A DNA stretch of 60,742 nucleotides, filler included, from a candidate division TA06 bacterium SM23_40 (GTDB lineage: Bacteria; LJUI01; SM1-40), in assembly GCA_001303705.1 (NCBI GenBank). It is 6 parts of 6 records of this genome, joined end to end, with 100 filler letters (N's around TTAATTAATTAA, not from the genome) between each part and the next. Parts side by side here need not be neighbours in the genome. Positions count along the whole stretch, not along the records: positions 1 to 12,303 come from LJUI01000073.1; positions 12,404 to 29,307 come from LJUI01000075.1; 4 more parts are not named here. The stretch is one strand, 5' to 3'. The notes beneath the pieces were generated by a model. It made no database searches. It was given only the letters and a program-made list of their open reading frames with translations, and was not told where the DNA came from. The translations under genes and the position numbers were made by a program. This document shows positions 10,690-21,900 of the stretch, one piece after another. Positions within the stretch are counted from its first letter, which is position 1; the number at the start of each line of letters is the position of its first letter.

Positions 10690-12303
10690 TTACTGCTCTC
10701 CGCGAGCCAGTATCTGGACAGGGAACGAATCCTGGTGGCTCACGTCCGGATGCGTCCCAACGCGCACAAACACCATGTAGTTGGCCGCAACCGGAGCGTT
10801 CGACGGAACCGGCAGACCGTAGATCCGATTCACGTCCTGACCGCCGAGCAGGAACAGACTGTATGGCCCACGGGTAAGCACTAGATTCGGGCCGAGATAG
10901 GCATCGATCCACCACTGTGTCGCCACGTTACCGGGCGTCGTGTTCCTGAAGTTGACCGCAAAGTCGAGCGACGCATTCGGCGGTGTCACGCCCTGCGCAC
11001 CACGCACTGTCGTTCGCTGGAACTCGTCGATCGAGACAATCACGTCTGGAACCGACCACGGCTCCACAACACACCGAATCCCACAATCCTCAACGTAACG
11101 CCACCGGCTCGGAGCAAACGCACCGGTATACTCCCAGGTCTGGAACGACAACGGAGCCGTGAGATCGGTGCCCATCCACGGGTTCGCCGCCGGGACATGG
11201 ATCCAGACGACATAAAACCCGGAACCATCGGTGATCTCCACCTTGGGAAAGATATCGGCTCCCTGCCAACCCGGTATGCCCCCGTAGTCGAGGGTGTCTC
11301 CGGCAAGCGTATCCCCGGGCAACCCGCCAGGCCCGTTATCATCCAACACATAGAGGCGGTAGCAATCCTGGCACGCAGTCCCGGACGAGATATTGACCTC
11401 ATATCTCGCGATCCTGACCGAATCCCGCGGGGGCACGAAGTAGTTGGCAAATCCGCCCTCGGGACCAGCCCACACCTTTTGGTCCTCGAAAGTGCCATCA
11501 GTGTAGTCGAAGATCGCCGGCAGGGTCACGACATGGCATTCGACGGCGATCTCGTCGTTGTTCGGGTTCATATCCCCGCTCAGAAGGTTCTCGACGGTGA
11601 TCGTGTACTGCCCGTCGATGGTCGGCGTCCACGGAGTAAAGGTCACCGTGGTCACCTCTCCCGGGTTGAGCAGAACGATCGTCTGCGTGTTCTGCAACAC
11701 CGGCATACCGCCAATGTCCCTTACCGTCATTCTCACGTCGAAGGTCGACTCGATCTGGTTCCCGGTGTTAGCGATGTCAGCCCATATGTCGAGCACCTCT
11801 CCGGCTATGGTGAAGAACCCCCCGGAGTTCGCGCTCATCACCGCCTGGACAGCGACATCATCAAACGGAGGCTCAACAGTCGCCGTGTCGTAGATGGCGA
11901 TCGCAAGCCCCGCATGGATCTCGTTCCCAACGCCCGGGAAATAGGTGTAACCCCAGTTGCCAACCTGATCCTCCCAGCCCACGGCTCGGGAGCCCGACCC
12001 TACCGCCGGATCCTGCTGGTAGTACTGATAGCGGATCGTGCTATCGGGCTTGCTCAGGATAATCTGGAAGGTGTTGTTACCAAAGGGAGGCACCTGCCAG
12101 AAGGGTACGTTACGATACTCGATGACGCACGTATCGGCAGCCGGGTTCACCGCATAGCGACACGCCGTACTGTCCCACGCATCCGGACCGAAGAGCAGGT
12201 CGTCCGCCAACGGGGCGAGGACATCGTTCGGCCGCATCGGATTGGGATACGGGTCAAACGGGTGCGCCTCGAGCGCATCATCGCTGAACGAGATATACCC
12301 GTT
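10690..12303 (-). CDS. Probable secreted multidomain protein (NIDO-like + CARDB + C-terminal Ig-like), 5' truncated by contig end
   Basis: Frame open to 12303 (NGYISF..PNDVLAP..DL..TFQIIL); CARDB-like IANTGN..GDMNPNND. Confidence 0.75.
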   Translation of the reverse strand, partial: NGYISFSDDALEAHPFDPYPNPMRPNDVLAPLADDLLFGPDAWDSTACRYAVNPAADTCVIEYRNVPFWQVPPFGNNTFQIILSKPDSTIRYQYYQQDPAVGSGSRAVGWEDQVGNWGYTYFPGVGNEIHAGLAIAIYDTATVEPPFDDVAVQAVMSANSGGFFTIAGEVLDIWADIANTGNQIESTFDVRMTVRDIGGMPVLQNTQTIVLLNPGEVTTVTFTPWTPTIDGQYTITVENLLSGDMNPNNDEIAVECHVVTLPAIFDYTDGTFEDQKVWAGPEGGFANYFVPPRDSVRIARYEVNISSGTACQDCYRLYVLDDNGPGGLPGDTLAGDTLDYGGIPGWQGADIFPKVEITDGSGFYVVWIHVPAANPWMGTDLTAPLSFQTWEYTGAFAPSRWRYVEDCGIRCVVEPWSVPDVIVSIDEFQRTTVRGAQGVTPPNASLDFAVNFRNTTPGNVATQWWIDAYLGPNLVLTRGPYSLFLLGGQDVNRIYGLPVPSNAPVAANYMVFVRVGTHPDVSHQDSFPVQILARGEQ

Positions 12304-12403
12304 NNNNNNNNNNNNNNNNNNNNNNNNNNNNNNNNNNNNNNNNNNNNTTAATTAATTAANNNNNNNNNNNNNNNNNNNNNNNNNNNNNNNNNNNNNNNNN
12401 NNN
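12304..12403. other. Artificial contig spacer
   Basis: N44-TTAATTAATTAA-N44 with stops in all frames. Confidence 0.98.
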
Positions 12404-12469
12404 AGTATAGCGCAATTCCCCTCCGATTGCAGCAGGGAAGATTCCGACAGACTGAAGCTGTGTCCGCAC

Positions 12470-14458
12470 TCACCCGACCCCGGACGCGATGCTTTCTCGC
12501 CGACGTCGGTTGCCGAGCCGTACCCTATCGGTCAACGCGAAGACTCCGCCAAGAACGACGAGCCACGATCCGTACCAGATCCAGCTGACGAGCGGTTTGG
12601 TATGCAGCTTGAGGGCGACGTGTCCATCCTCGGATACGCCACCGAAGATGGTATACAGGTCTCCCGCCAAGGTGGAACGGATTGCCACTTCTGTCATAGG
12701 ACTGTCAGCAGTGGGGTAGAACGCCTGGGCCGGCTCCAGAGTCGCGACGTGTCGCTCCCCTCGTTTGACCGAGAGTCTGGTGGTGATGAGTTGCGCATTC
12801 AGCCTCTCGGTCGTTACGATCTCCTCGAGCCTCACCCGATACTCCCCGATCCCGACTTCCTCACCGACGACAATACTTTTTTGGACCTCGTGCTCAAAGA
12901 CGGATGACCCCAGAATCCCGATGAAGATCGAAGCCACGCCGATATGAACTAGATAGCCCCCGAACCGCCTCCTGTCTCTCCATATAGTCTGGACAGATGC
13001 AGTGAGCAAGGTGCCGCCGGTCTTCCGACACCTGACCATCGCCGCGCGTGCCGATTCGGCCAGGACCGATGCCACGATAAGGGCACTACCTGCAACACAA
13101 ATGAACCGGTACGGCGAACGTACATCGAATACCAGTGCCGCACCGACTCCCGCCGCCAGACTGAATCCCGCCGCCCACAGAGACGAGCGAGGGATTCCTG
13201 CCAGGCCGGTGCGGCGCCAGGGGATGAGCGTACACACTCCGGTGAGAAGGAGCAGGAGAAGGGCAATGGGAGTGTTCACCCGATCGAAGAAGGGCGCAGA
13301 GACCGAGATCTTGCTCCCGGCGAACGCCTGCGAAAAGAGGGGAAACGTCGTCCCCACGAGCGTGGCGAACGCGAGGGCGCTGAACAACCAGTTGTTGAGC
13401 ACCAACAGGCTCTCCCACGAAAAGAGACCGCCCGTCCTCAGCTCTCCTCTCAAAGCGTCGGCGCGCCACATGCCGATGGCGAGGACCGCCGACACGGAGA
13501 GGAGCATGAAGCCGATGAAGTAGGGACCCAGGGAGGAACCAGCAAAGGCGTGGACCGATGAGAGCACTCCGCTCCGCGTGAGAAACGTCCCAAAGATGCA
13601 CCCCTCGAAAGTGAGTGCTGCAAGAGCCACGTTCCATCCCTTCAACGCACCCGTCCTCCGCTGAACCGCCGCTGAGTGAAGGAATGCAGTCCCCACAAAC
13701 CACGGTATTAGAGAGGCATTCTCAACCGGATCCCATGCCCAGTACCCGCCCCAACCCAGCTCTACATACGACCACTTCATGCCGAGGGCGATGCCGGCGG
13801 TGAGTGCGACCCATGAGAAGAGGCTCCATCGGCGCCCCATCTCCGGCCACTCATCGATCTCTCTCCTGAGCAGAAGCGCAGCCACGGCGAATGCAAACGG
13901 GACCACATACCCCACGTACCCGAGATAGAGGATGGGAGGATGAAAGATCATCCCGGGATCCTGAAGTAGGGGATTGAGACCCTGACCGTCGAGCGGAGGA
14001 TGTGGAATCGTTATCAGGGGATTGGCGATGCGAGCAACGAGGGAGGCAAAGAACAATTCCGCGACGCCGATGGTCAACGCCACGGCGGAGATGAAGCGCA
14101 CCCCCACTCGCCTCCGCACCCCGGAGGTGAGTACTATGCATGCAAAGAGAGAGACCAGCCAGAGCCAGAGGAGGAGCGATCCCTCCTGTCCCGCCCAGAA
14201 TGCAGATATCGTATAGAAGAGAGGGAGGTCCCGGCTAGTGTACTGGGCCACGTATCGAACACCGAAGTCCCGCGATGCCAGTGCCCAGATGAGTGCGCCC
14301 GCGGCGACGCTGACCAGCACGAAGACGGCGACAAGAGCCCAGCGCCCACTCGCGAGAGCGGCCCTGCTGCGCCTCGCCAACCCGACGGCAAGAGCGAACA
14401 CAGAATAGATGGCGAAGAAGGGGGCAATGTAGAGTGCCACGAGCCCGACGCTATTCAT
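12470..14458 (-). CDS. ccmF: Cytochrome c heme lyase CcmF/NrfE
   Basis: WWD motif WGGYWAWDPVENAS, HPP.LY.GY, RSGVLSSVHAF. Confidence 0.96.
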   Translation of the reverse strand: MNSVGLVALYIAPFFAIYSVFALAVGLARRSRAALASGRWALVAVFVLVSVAAGALIWALASRDFGVRYVAQYTSRDLPLFYTISAFWAGQEGSLLLWLWLVSLFACIVLTSGVRRRVGVRFISAVALTIGVAELFFASLVARIANPLITIPHPPLDGQGLNPLLQDPGMIFHPPILYLGYVGYVVPFAFAVAALLLRREIDEWPEMGRRWSLFSWVALTAGIALGMKWSYVELGWGGYWAWDPVENASLIPWFVGTAFLHSAAVQRRTGALKGWNVALAALTFEGCIFGTFLTRSGVLSSVHAFAGSSLGPYFIGFMLLSVSAVLAIGMWRADALRGELRTGGLFSWESLLVLNNWLFSALAFATLVGTTFPLFSQAFAGSKISVSAPFFDRVNTPIALLLLLLTGVCTLIPWRRTGLAGIPRSSLWAAGFSLAAGVGAALVFDVRSPYRFICVAGSALIVASVLAESARAAMVRCRKTGGTLLTASVQTIWRDRRRFGGYLVHIGVASIFIGILGSSVFEHEVQKSIVVGEEVGIGEYRVRLEEIVTTERLNAQLITTRLSVKRGERHVATLEPAQAFYPTADSPMTEVAIRSTLAGDLYTIFGGVSEDGHVALKLHTKPLVSWIWYGSWLVVLGGVFALTDRVRLGNRRRRESIASGVG

Positions 14459-14861
14459 GATCCTCGTCTTCTCCGCTTTCCACATACTTCGAGGGACACG
14501 TCGTCATCAGCTTGGTCGCCTGGATCGCTCCGGCCTCTCTGTCGTACCTTCCTTCAACGATGATCTTCTCTCCTTCTCTGTATGTATCAGGTCTGAACCC
14601 ATCGTAGATGACAGCTACGCTCGCCGCGCTGTCGGCCATGACAAAGCTGAGCTGTGGCCCCGACGGATCCCACACCGTCGAACCTTCCACGACCAACCCC
14701 TGTATGCGCAGGCCTTCACCGCTGCTCTCTGTTCGGCCGTGTACCAGTTCACTTACTTCGACATAGTACGCGCCTGTCTCCCGCACCGCGCTCACTATGA
14801 GATAGCCGATCCCGATAGCGAAGACGAGCCCGACCACAACGATCCGTTTCTTGCTGATCAT
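14451..14861 (-). CDS. ccmE: Heme chaperone CcmE, CxxxY variant
   Basis: N-terminal TM anchor, IIVEG, terminal CPSKY; overlaps ccmF start. Confidence 0.9.
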   Translation of the reverse strand: MISKKRIVVVGLVFAIGIGYLIVSAVRETGAYYVEVSELVHGRTESSGEGLRIQGLVVEGSTVWDPSGPQLSFVMADSAASVAVIYDGFRPDTYREGEKIIVEGRYDREAGAIQATKLMTTCPSKYVESGEDEDHE

Positions 14862-14976
14862 GAACGTCCTCCGAGGATACCCTCGCCGCGGTACCTGCTG
14901 ATCTCCGGGTGGAAGGTGCTTCCGCCAGAGCAACCCCTGTACCAGGAGACGATGATCTCCCGTCCGGTCAGTCTCC

Positions 14977-15423
14977 TCAGCCCGCCCCCATCCCCGAGCC
15001 GACCTCATCAGCGCGACTGACGATCTCGATGATCGTCGGCACGTGCCGCTTACTCCTGAGCATCCTCCTGTCCCACCATCGAGCAACCAGAAACGAGACG
15101 ATCAGCCCGACAAGTGCCCCCACCACTCCAGTGTGCTGGCTGCCGCCGACCGATACGCCCACCGCGTACCCGATGAGGATGCCGAAGATGGGGACGATGA
15201 AGACGACGAACGCAGCCAGGAGCACGACTCCAGATCCGATGCTGATCCGGACCGTGTCGCCGGCACGCGCGCCTATCGGATTGAACGCCTCGATGACGCG
15301 GCTGCCGTCAGCCCCCATGGTACACGCCGTCCGCGCACAACACGTCGTACACGCCTCCGACCCTTGAATGGCGAGCGTCGCCATCCGACCTGCTGCCGTC
15401 TGTACCACCGCACGCTCGGTCAT
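14977..15423 (-). CDS. RseC/MucC family membrane protein
   Basis: ACxxCxxxxxC motif, A.N.IGA..GD.V, two TM helices. Confidence 0.85.
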   Translation of the reverse strand: MTERAVVQTAAGRMATLAIQGSEACTTCCARTACTMGADGSRVIEAFNPIGARAGDTVRISIGSGVVLLAAFVVFIVPIFGILIGYAVGVSVGGSQHTGVVGALVGLIVSFLVARWWDRRMLRSKRHVPTIIEIVSRADEVGSGMGAG

Positions 15424-15448
15424 CGTCCTCCGCCTGAATGATCTTCTC

Positions 15449-17758
15449 TCACGGCACAGCCATCCACAGCCCCGACCGCGGTCTCGCAGCTGTCAGGCCG
15501 ATCAATATCAATGCACTACAATTCAACAGGAATACCCCGACCAACGTTCCCGGAATCCCCAGCACCGGCAGGGCGATGGCGCTCGCCACGAAGGCACCTG
15601 CCGCCGCGCCAAAGAGATCGATGGCATAGGTGATCCCGCCGATATGTCTCGTCCGCGGCCTGACATCGAGGTACAGCCCCACTGCCAGGGGGAACTGCAC
15701 CCCGCCGAGTAACCCGGCTATCCCCGTGAGCAGGGGGATAATCCATTCCGCGGCTCCGAAGGTAGCTCCCTTCGTCTGCCAACCCATGAGGATGCCGAGA
15801 ATCCCCAGGAAGATAAGCGGATAGAGCGTAATGATCAATTGATTGATGCCGTACAGCCTCCACCGGGCGGCGGAGGGAACGAGCCGCCTCGTCGACACCA
15901 CACTCCCCAGGACCAGGCCAAACATAAACGCCGCCAGGATGATACCCAACCTGGCGTACACGTACCCATAGATGATCTGAAACGAGAGAAGCGCGATGAC
16001 CTCAAAGACGATCTCTGCGGCGCCCGTCGTCCCCACGGAGACGAGAATCCCTATCCCGCGAGCCGAGGGCAGCTTCATCACGGCGAGGGCGATGCAAGCC
16101 GTGGCCACGGCGATGGCGACCGCTATCTGCCACAGGTGCAGGCCTGCGAGGCGCTCGAGAAGCACCCGCTCCCCGCTCTGGAACCGAGATGACCACAGGA
16201 TCATATCATAGTAATACGAGATGGGATAGAGATCTGTGTTCTGCCGAACCGCCGGCCCCTGGGACATCCGATCATGCAGATAGCGAACGCGCCCGGGGTC
16301 GAGCCTGAAGGGAAGCGAGTGAGGGGAGACATAGGTAGTCTCCAACTGACGTCTCTCCATCCGCTCGCTCAGGACGCGATAGTCGGACGTCAACAGGCCA
16401 GATTGGGACGAGGCAACGAAGATATTGGTCTCTCCTGGAAGGACCTCCACATTGACGAATACGGATTCGAGCGTCGCCCGAAGACACCGGAGAAATCGCG
16501 CTAGCTCAGGTGCGATGTAGTTCTCCGCCGAGGCGACGCGCAGGGCAAAGATGCCGCCTGCCTCCATGATGCTCGATACTTCGCGGAAGAACTCGCGCGT
16601 ATAGAATCGATTGATCTGAGCTGTATACGGTTCCGGAAGATCCAGGATGACTGCATCATAGCGGGATCGCGTGCGTTTCACATACCACCGTCCGTCGCCC
16701 TCGATGACTCTGATCCGGGAATCGTCGAGCGTACGTCTCACATCAGCACCGAAGAATTCCCTTGCCATCGAGATGATCGTGGGATCGAGCTCAACATAGT
16801 CGACCGACTCGACTCCGTGTTTCAGTACCTCTTCGAGGGATCCACCTGCTCCTCCTCCGATCAGCAGTATCTTCCGGGGGTCCGGGTGTTCGAGCAGGGC
16901 AAAGTGAACCGCCTCCTCTGCGGTGGCACGGTCAGGATAGGTGAGGACGAGGAGCCCGCTTTCGTACAAGCTCGTCTGATACTCATCACCGACCACCACT
17001 ACCTGCCCATAGATCGAATCGCGTACCTTCTGGAGCTGGAACCCGGACCACTGCCGACGGAGAAGACCGAGATCGAGTCGATCGACCAGGCCCGTGACCT
17101 GGGCGATAGAGGCCGCCGACACGGATCCAAGGATGAGAAGGGGGTAGACGATACTCGCCCGATAGCGAAACGCCAATACGCCGAGCGCTGCCACCGCGTT
17201 GAGGAGGAAGGCAACGATAGCGATAGTGAGTGGGGGGAATAGCCGGATGAGAATGAATGTGAAGGCGATCCCCCCGAGAACCGAACCCCCGGCTTCCAGG
17301 TAGTAGACCCACCCTATCTCTGCCGCCATTGTCCTCTGCTCTCCTCCCGCCAGGCGGCAGGCGAGCGCAAACGTGGCGCCGACTGAGAGACAGAGCGGAG
17401 CAAGGAGAACGAAGGAGGAGAAGAGCATTGGGCCGATCCCGACAACCTCGCCCGGCCCGACGCCGAGGGCTGATTTGACGGTTCTCGCTGCGACCAGGGA
17501 GATGGGGACGAGGAGCGCCAGGGCCGCCTGGGCCAGACCATATGCCACGAGCCGGCTGCGCACAACGACACCGACGATACGGGCGCCAACCGCGCTTCCC
17601 AGGCCCACCCATAGCAGCCAGGAGGCGAGAATCGCTCCCAGAGAGAGCTCATTCCCATAGAAGGCGACGATGATCTCACGCATCAGGACGAGCTGACCGA
17701 CCATCGCGCCGAAACCCATGATAACCAGTGAAAAGGCCAACCGTCCTCGCACGAGCAT
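15449..17758 (-). CDS. Membrane-fused spermidine synthase-like protein
   Basis: TM block, then ILLIGGGAGG..VELDP..GDGR..FYTREFF, then a second TM block. Confidence 0.85.
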   Translation of the reverse strand: MLVRGRLAFSLVIMGFGAMVGQLVLMREIIVAFYGNELSLGAILASWLLWVGLGSAVGARIVGVVVRSRLVAYGLAQAALALLVPISLVAARTVKSALGVGPGEVVGIGPMLFSSFVLLAPLCLSVGATFALACRLAGGEQRTMAAEIGWVYYLEAGGSVLGGIAFTFILIRLFPPLTIAIVAFLLNAVAALGVLAFRYRASIVYPLLILGSVSAASIAQVTGLVDRLDLGLLRRQWSGFQLQKVRDSIYGQVVVVGDEYQTSLYESGLLVLTYPDRATAEEAVHFALLEHPDPRKILLIGGGAGGSLEEVLKHGVESVDYVELDPTIISMAREFFGADVRRTLDDSRIRVIEGDGRWYVKRTRSRYDAVILDLPEPYTAQINRFYTREFFREVSSIMEAGGIFALRVASAENYIAPELARFLRCLRATLESVFVNVEVLPGETNIFVASSQSGLLTSDYRVLSERMERRQLETTYVSPHSLPFRLDPGRVRYLHDRMSQGPAVRQNTDLYPISYYYDMILWSSRFQSGERVLLERLAGLHLWQIAVAIAVATACIALAVMKLPSARGIGILVSVGTTGAAEIVFEVIALLSFQIIYGYVYARLGIILAAFMFGLVLGSVVSTRRLVPSAARWRLYGINQLIITLYPLIFLGILGILMGWQTKGATFGAAEWIIPLLTGIAGLLGGVQFPLAVGLYLDVRPRTRHIGGITYAIDLFGAAAGAFVASAIALPVLGIPGTLVGVFLLNCSALILIGLTAARPRSGLWMAVP

Positions 17759-17834
17759 CCTCAGATTTCTATTCGTTGCAGCCGTGGAGCGTCCGGAACA
17801 GGTCAGCAATGTTGCTGCGCCGAGCAACCGGCAT

Positions 17835-18800
17835 CTAGAGCAGCCGGTCGAGGAGATAGCCAAGCGTCAACAGCAGGCCCACGGTGAGATGTATGAGAAT
17901 CGTTGTGGCGTTCGCGGGAACGAGTTCCAGACGGTCTTCATAGTGGAGCAGCGCTGTACGTCCCGCTTTTACCGCAAGGGGCAGGCTCACCAGCACGAGG
18001 AGTCCATAGGGCGTCAGGTGCCGAGCAGATACAGCGAGAATGGGAATCAGGTAGACAAGCGCCAGAATCACGACATATCCCCGGGCGGCGGCCTTCAGGC
18101 CGAGACGCACGACGAGCGTCCTCTTCCCCACGGCCTCATCCGCCCGCGAGTCCTGGAATTCATTGATGTACACCACTACCGCGATGAGGAGCGCGATCGG
18201 GAGGGAGGCAATAACGGGCTCCCAGGAGAGTCTCATCGATTGGACATAGTACGAACCCAGACACATGAGAACTCCGAAATTGAGGCCGATCATCAACTCA
18301 CCGACGCCTCTGTGTGCGAATCGGATCGGGGGAGCAGTGTAGAAAAACCCGCTCATGAAGCCGACGAGCCCGAGCCACAAAATGATGGGCCCGCGCTGCC
18401 ACGCAAGGTACAGGCCGATGAGGGCGCCGATCGCATAGAGTACGAGCGACTCGCCCAGCACCTCTTTCGGCGTGAGGAGTCCGTTCTGTATCATCCGGCT
18501 CCCGCCGGTGAACGGCCGAACGAACTCTACGTTCACCTCATCGTTTCCGCTCCGATGATCGAAATAGTCGTTGGCCACATTCGTACCTGCGTGGATCAGC
18601 ATCCCACCGACCAACGTCAGGGAAAAGAGACCCCAGTGAAAGATCCCATTCCGCGCCCACGCGATCGTTGCGCCCAGGATAATGGGGATCACCGACGCTG
18701 TAAAGAAAGGAGCACGCAGCTCCTTCATGTACACTCCCATCTTTCCCATCGTAAGGCCTGACTTCAGAGATTCAGAGTCGGGCATCTCGCCTTCTACCAT
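17835..18800 (-). CDS. menA: 1,4-dihydroxy-2-naphthoate prenyltransferase (UbiA family); start uncertain
   Basis: NDYFD, GGSR, YTAPP, NEFQD..D...GKRTL motifs. Confidence 0.85.
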   Translation of the reverse strand: MVEGEMPDSESLKSGLTMGKMGVYMKELRAPFFTASVIPIILGATIAWARNGIFHWGLFSLTLVGGMLIHAGTNVANDYFDHRSGNDEVNVEFVRPFTGGSRMIQNGLLTPKEVLGESLVLYAIGALIGLYLAWQRGPIILWLGLVGFMSGFFYTAPPIRFAHRGVGELMIGLNFGVLMCLGSYYVQSMRLSWEPVIASLPIALLIAVVVYINEFQDSRADEAVGKRTLVVRLGLKAAARGYVVILALVYLIPILAVSARHLTPYGLLVLVSLPLAVKAGRTALLHYEDRLELVPANATTILIHLTVGLLLTLGYLLDRLL

Positions 18801-18860
18801 CTCCTCTCTCGTCCCGCCAACACTGGAGGCGGCACGGCCGTATCGCATCCAATCCGCACG

Positions 18861-18889
18861 AGTATATGCAGCTCGACTCCTCGCGTCAA
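18861..18889 (-). promoter_or_regulatory. Sigma70-type promoter TTGACG-17-TATACT for the menA-ccmF unit
   Basis: Near-consensus hexamers, 17-bp spacer. Confidence 0.7.
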
Positions 18890-18906
18890 GGGGGCTCCGG
18901 CGGTGC

Positions 18907-21900
18907 CTAGTGGAGGACAACCATCTTGCGAGTCCTCCGTTCGGTGCCGACTTCGAGGCTATAGAGATAAATACCAGAGGCAGCCCTCCGGCCGCCCGCG
19001 CTCAATCCATCCCAATCGACACGATGGATGCCCGCCCTGACCATCCCATCCACGAGCTCGCGCACAAGCTGGCCCTGCATATTGTAGATACGGAGCCTCA
19101 CCCGCTGCCCGGCAGGGATAGAGTAGGTTATAGTCGTGGTGTGGCGTACAGGATTAGGTGCGTTCTGGGACAGGAAGTGACGACGGTGGACGGGCATGAG
19201 CCGTTGCTCCGCCACCCCTACGGCCCCGAACCAGCAGAGCGCGCGCCTCAGGAGTTCAACCCCGCCCTGAATCTCGGGCGAAGGTTCTCTCACCAGCTCG
19301 GGAGCGAATGCAAGAAAGAGACTGCGATACTCTCCCTCATGGCGGACGCCCGCCGCCCCCCAATGTTCATACTCGAGCACAGTGCTCCCCCCGGCAACGG
19401 GCGAAATGACATCCATTGATGCAGGCCCATCCCGCACAAGCAGCAGGCCGTCTCCGATCGGATCACCGGAGATGCCTGTGATAAGCGTGTCGCTCGTCGC
19501 GCCGGAGTCGAAGCGGGTGTGAAGGTAATCGAGAAGGAAAGGACGCTCAGCGATCTCCTCGGCGATATTATCTCCGCACAGCAGGAGGTCGCCGCCCTGA
19601 TCCAGGAACTGGCCGAGCGCCACCTGATCGGCTTGAGTAAGCGTACTCTCAGGAGCTGCGCCCGTGAACCAGAGGACAAGATCGGCGTTCCCCAGCCATC
19701 CTGTCGGCAGCCCCTGAGATCTAACCTCCCATCCGTCGTACACGAGTCCGAGCGTGTCGCGGAGCAGTTCGTCATAGAACGGCGCAAACCCCTGTTCACC
19801 ATCGTCATCGACTGCGAGGAGTGAGGGATGGCCGATGAGGAGATCGAGGGTGTCGATCAGATTGTCGGGAACCACTGGTGTCCCGTCAATCTTCCGGAGA
19901 TAAAAGGTTGCCCATCTGGCCGGTCCTCCGCTCACCGTGAACGTGAACGGATCATCCGCGTTGTCACCTGTCTTTCCGCTCTCGATATCTCCGAAGCTGG
20001 CAGACGAATCGACAAGGATGATCTCCGGATCATCTGTCGACAGGTAGCAGTACAGCTCTGCCGAGGGCTGCCACAATGCCGAGTCGAGGAAGGTGATGAC
20101 CCAGTCGACGGTCTCGCCCGGCTCAGCTCGACCGTCCCCATCGCCTCCATCATCGAGAATGGTCCAGCCAATCACCTCGGGATAGGAATAGCGCATCGTC
20201 CCCACGGCACGGTAGGCATCGATGCGTCCTGCACCTGAACTGCTGTCCCGGCCCGGGGGGTCGATATCGAACGCAGTCGCTTCCAGAATACTGTCGATAG
20301 CCACGGGCATCAGGCTGGGAACCGCCGAGAGCATGAGTGATACCACCCCTGCATTGACGGGAGCTGCCGCCGACGTGCCGCTGAAATTGTAGTTGTACCC
20401 CCAGTTGCTCGTGAGCAGGGCGGCAGGCAGGCCGACACCCGGGGCCGCCACGTCCGGTTTGGCCAGGCCGGGAGGGAACGGGTAGTCATCGAACGGCGGC
20501 GCGAGATCCCAATCGGTAGGACCCCGGCTGCTGAAGTAGGCAACCGTATCCTCCGGCACGCTCGCCCCCACCGCGAGCACGCCGCTGTGGCGGGAAACAA
20601 TGTATATGCCGCTCCCGTCGCTGGGGTACCACGGTGCCGGCACGTCAGCGGGAGGATCGACCTCGTCCGGCGGAGGAAACGGGCAGTACTGGCCGCCGTA
20701 CCCTCCCTCGTTCCCCGCCGCCTGTGAGAGCACCGTCCCGCTCGCGAGCAGGGTGTTCCCCGCCAGACGGAGGGAATACGAAGGAGTGGGATGACAGGGG
20801 ATGACGAGGCTCGAGCTCAACAGATCGGCTCCGTTCTCCACGCCGTACTCCATCGCTGCAATGAACTCGCTCGTCAACTGCACCTTCAGGGCCATGACTC
20901 TGGCCTCGGGCGCGAGCCCCGTGGCCACTCCAGCCCACCCGTCACCCGCAACGATCGACGCCGTCGCCGTCCCATGCCCGTGATCATCCATGGGATCGGG
21001 ACCACTCTCTTCGAAGTTCCACCCAACCACGTCATCGAGGAATCCGTTCCCATCGTCGTCCACGTCGTTGAGATCCCCTCCCAGGCTGTCCGGGTAGCTC
21101 TCAAAGTACCCGTTGTTGTTGATATCCTCGGGACCGTTGATCCACATCCGATGGGCGAGATCGAAATGTTTGTAATTGATGCCAGTGTCGATCATCCCCA
21201 CGACTCTGCCCTGCCCGCGGAACCCGAGCCTCCATACCCGATCGGCGCGCACGTGGTGGATCGCCCAGGATGTATCGACGGACGACACCTCCCCGAGTTC
21301 CGGCCTGCACGCATCAGGCTCATCCAGGGCAGGGGCAAGAGCTCTGTCCTGTTCGACGAGCAAGACCCCGGGAAGGGATTCGAGCGACTCCCTGGCCCGT
21401 CCCGAGAGCTCAGCGGCCACGGCGTTGACCATCCACAGGGGCCTCGTCCCGCTCGCCTGCCCCTGGTCCTCAAGGCGCGCCAACTCATCCTTCACCGGTC
21501 CCTGGGTGCGAGCGGCGAGCTCCCTCAGTTCGACGGCGACAGTGTGGCGCCGTGCCTGATGGTCGAGCCCGCGAACCCTGGCGTGGAGCACCTCGTAATC
21601 GGGCTGCTGAGCCAGAACGATAATGAACGGCGTGAGCCTGTCTGAAGACTCCACAGCTCGCCTCACTTCGGGGGGAGAATCAGCCCCCTGAGTCGCCCCC
21701 GCAGGGAGCGTCAGAATGGAGAACGCCGCAGACAACAGGGATACGATGAGCAGCGACGCGCAGCAGCAGGACCGGACTCCTGACCGGGATCCCAGCCTCG
21801 TCCGCGTCCGGATCCTCGAGAGCATCCAGGCGCTCGCACGCGCCAATACCTCATTGTCTGCCCCGACCTTCATCCGCATTGATATCTTCCTCCGCAGCCG

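Noticed and set aside
12304..12403. TTAATTAATTAA flanked by Ns, five times in the window
   Set aside because: Artificial contig linker, not biological; cross-spacer synteny was not interpreted
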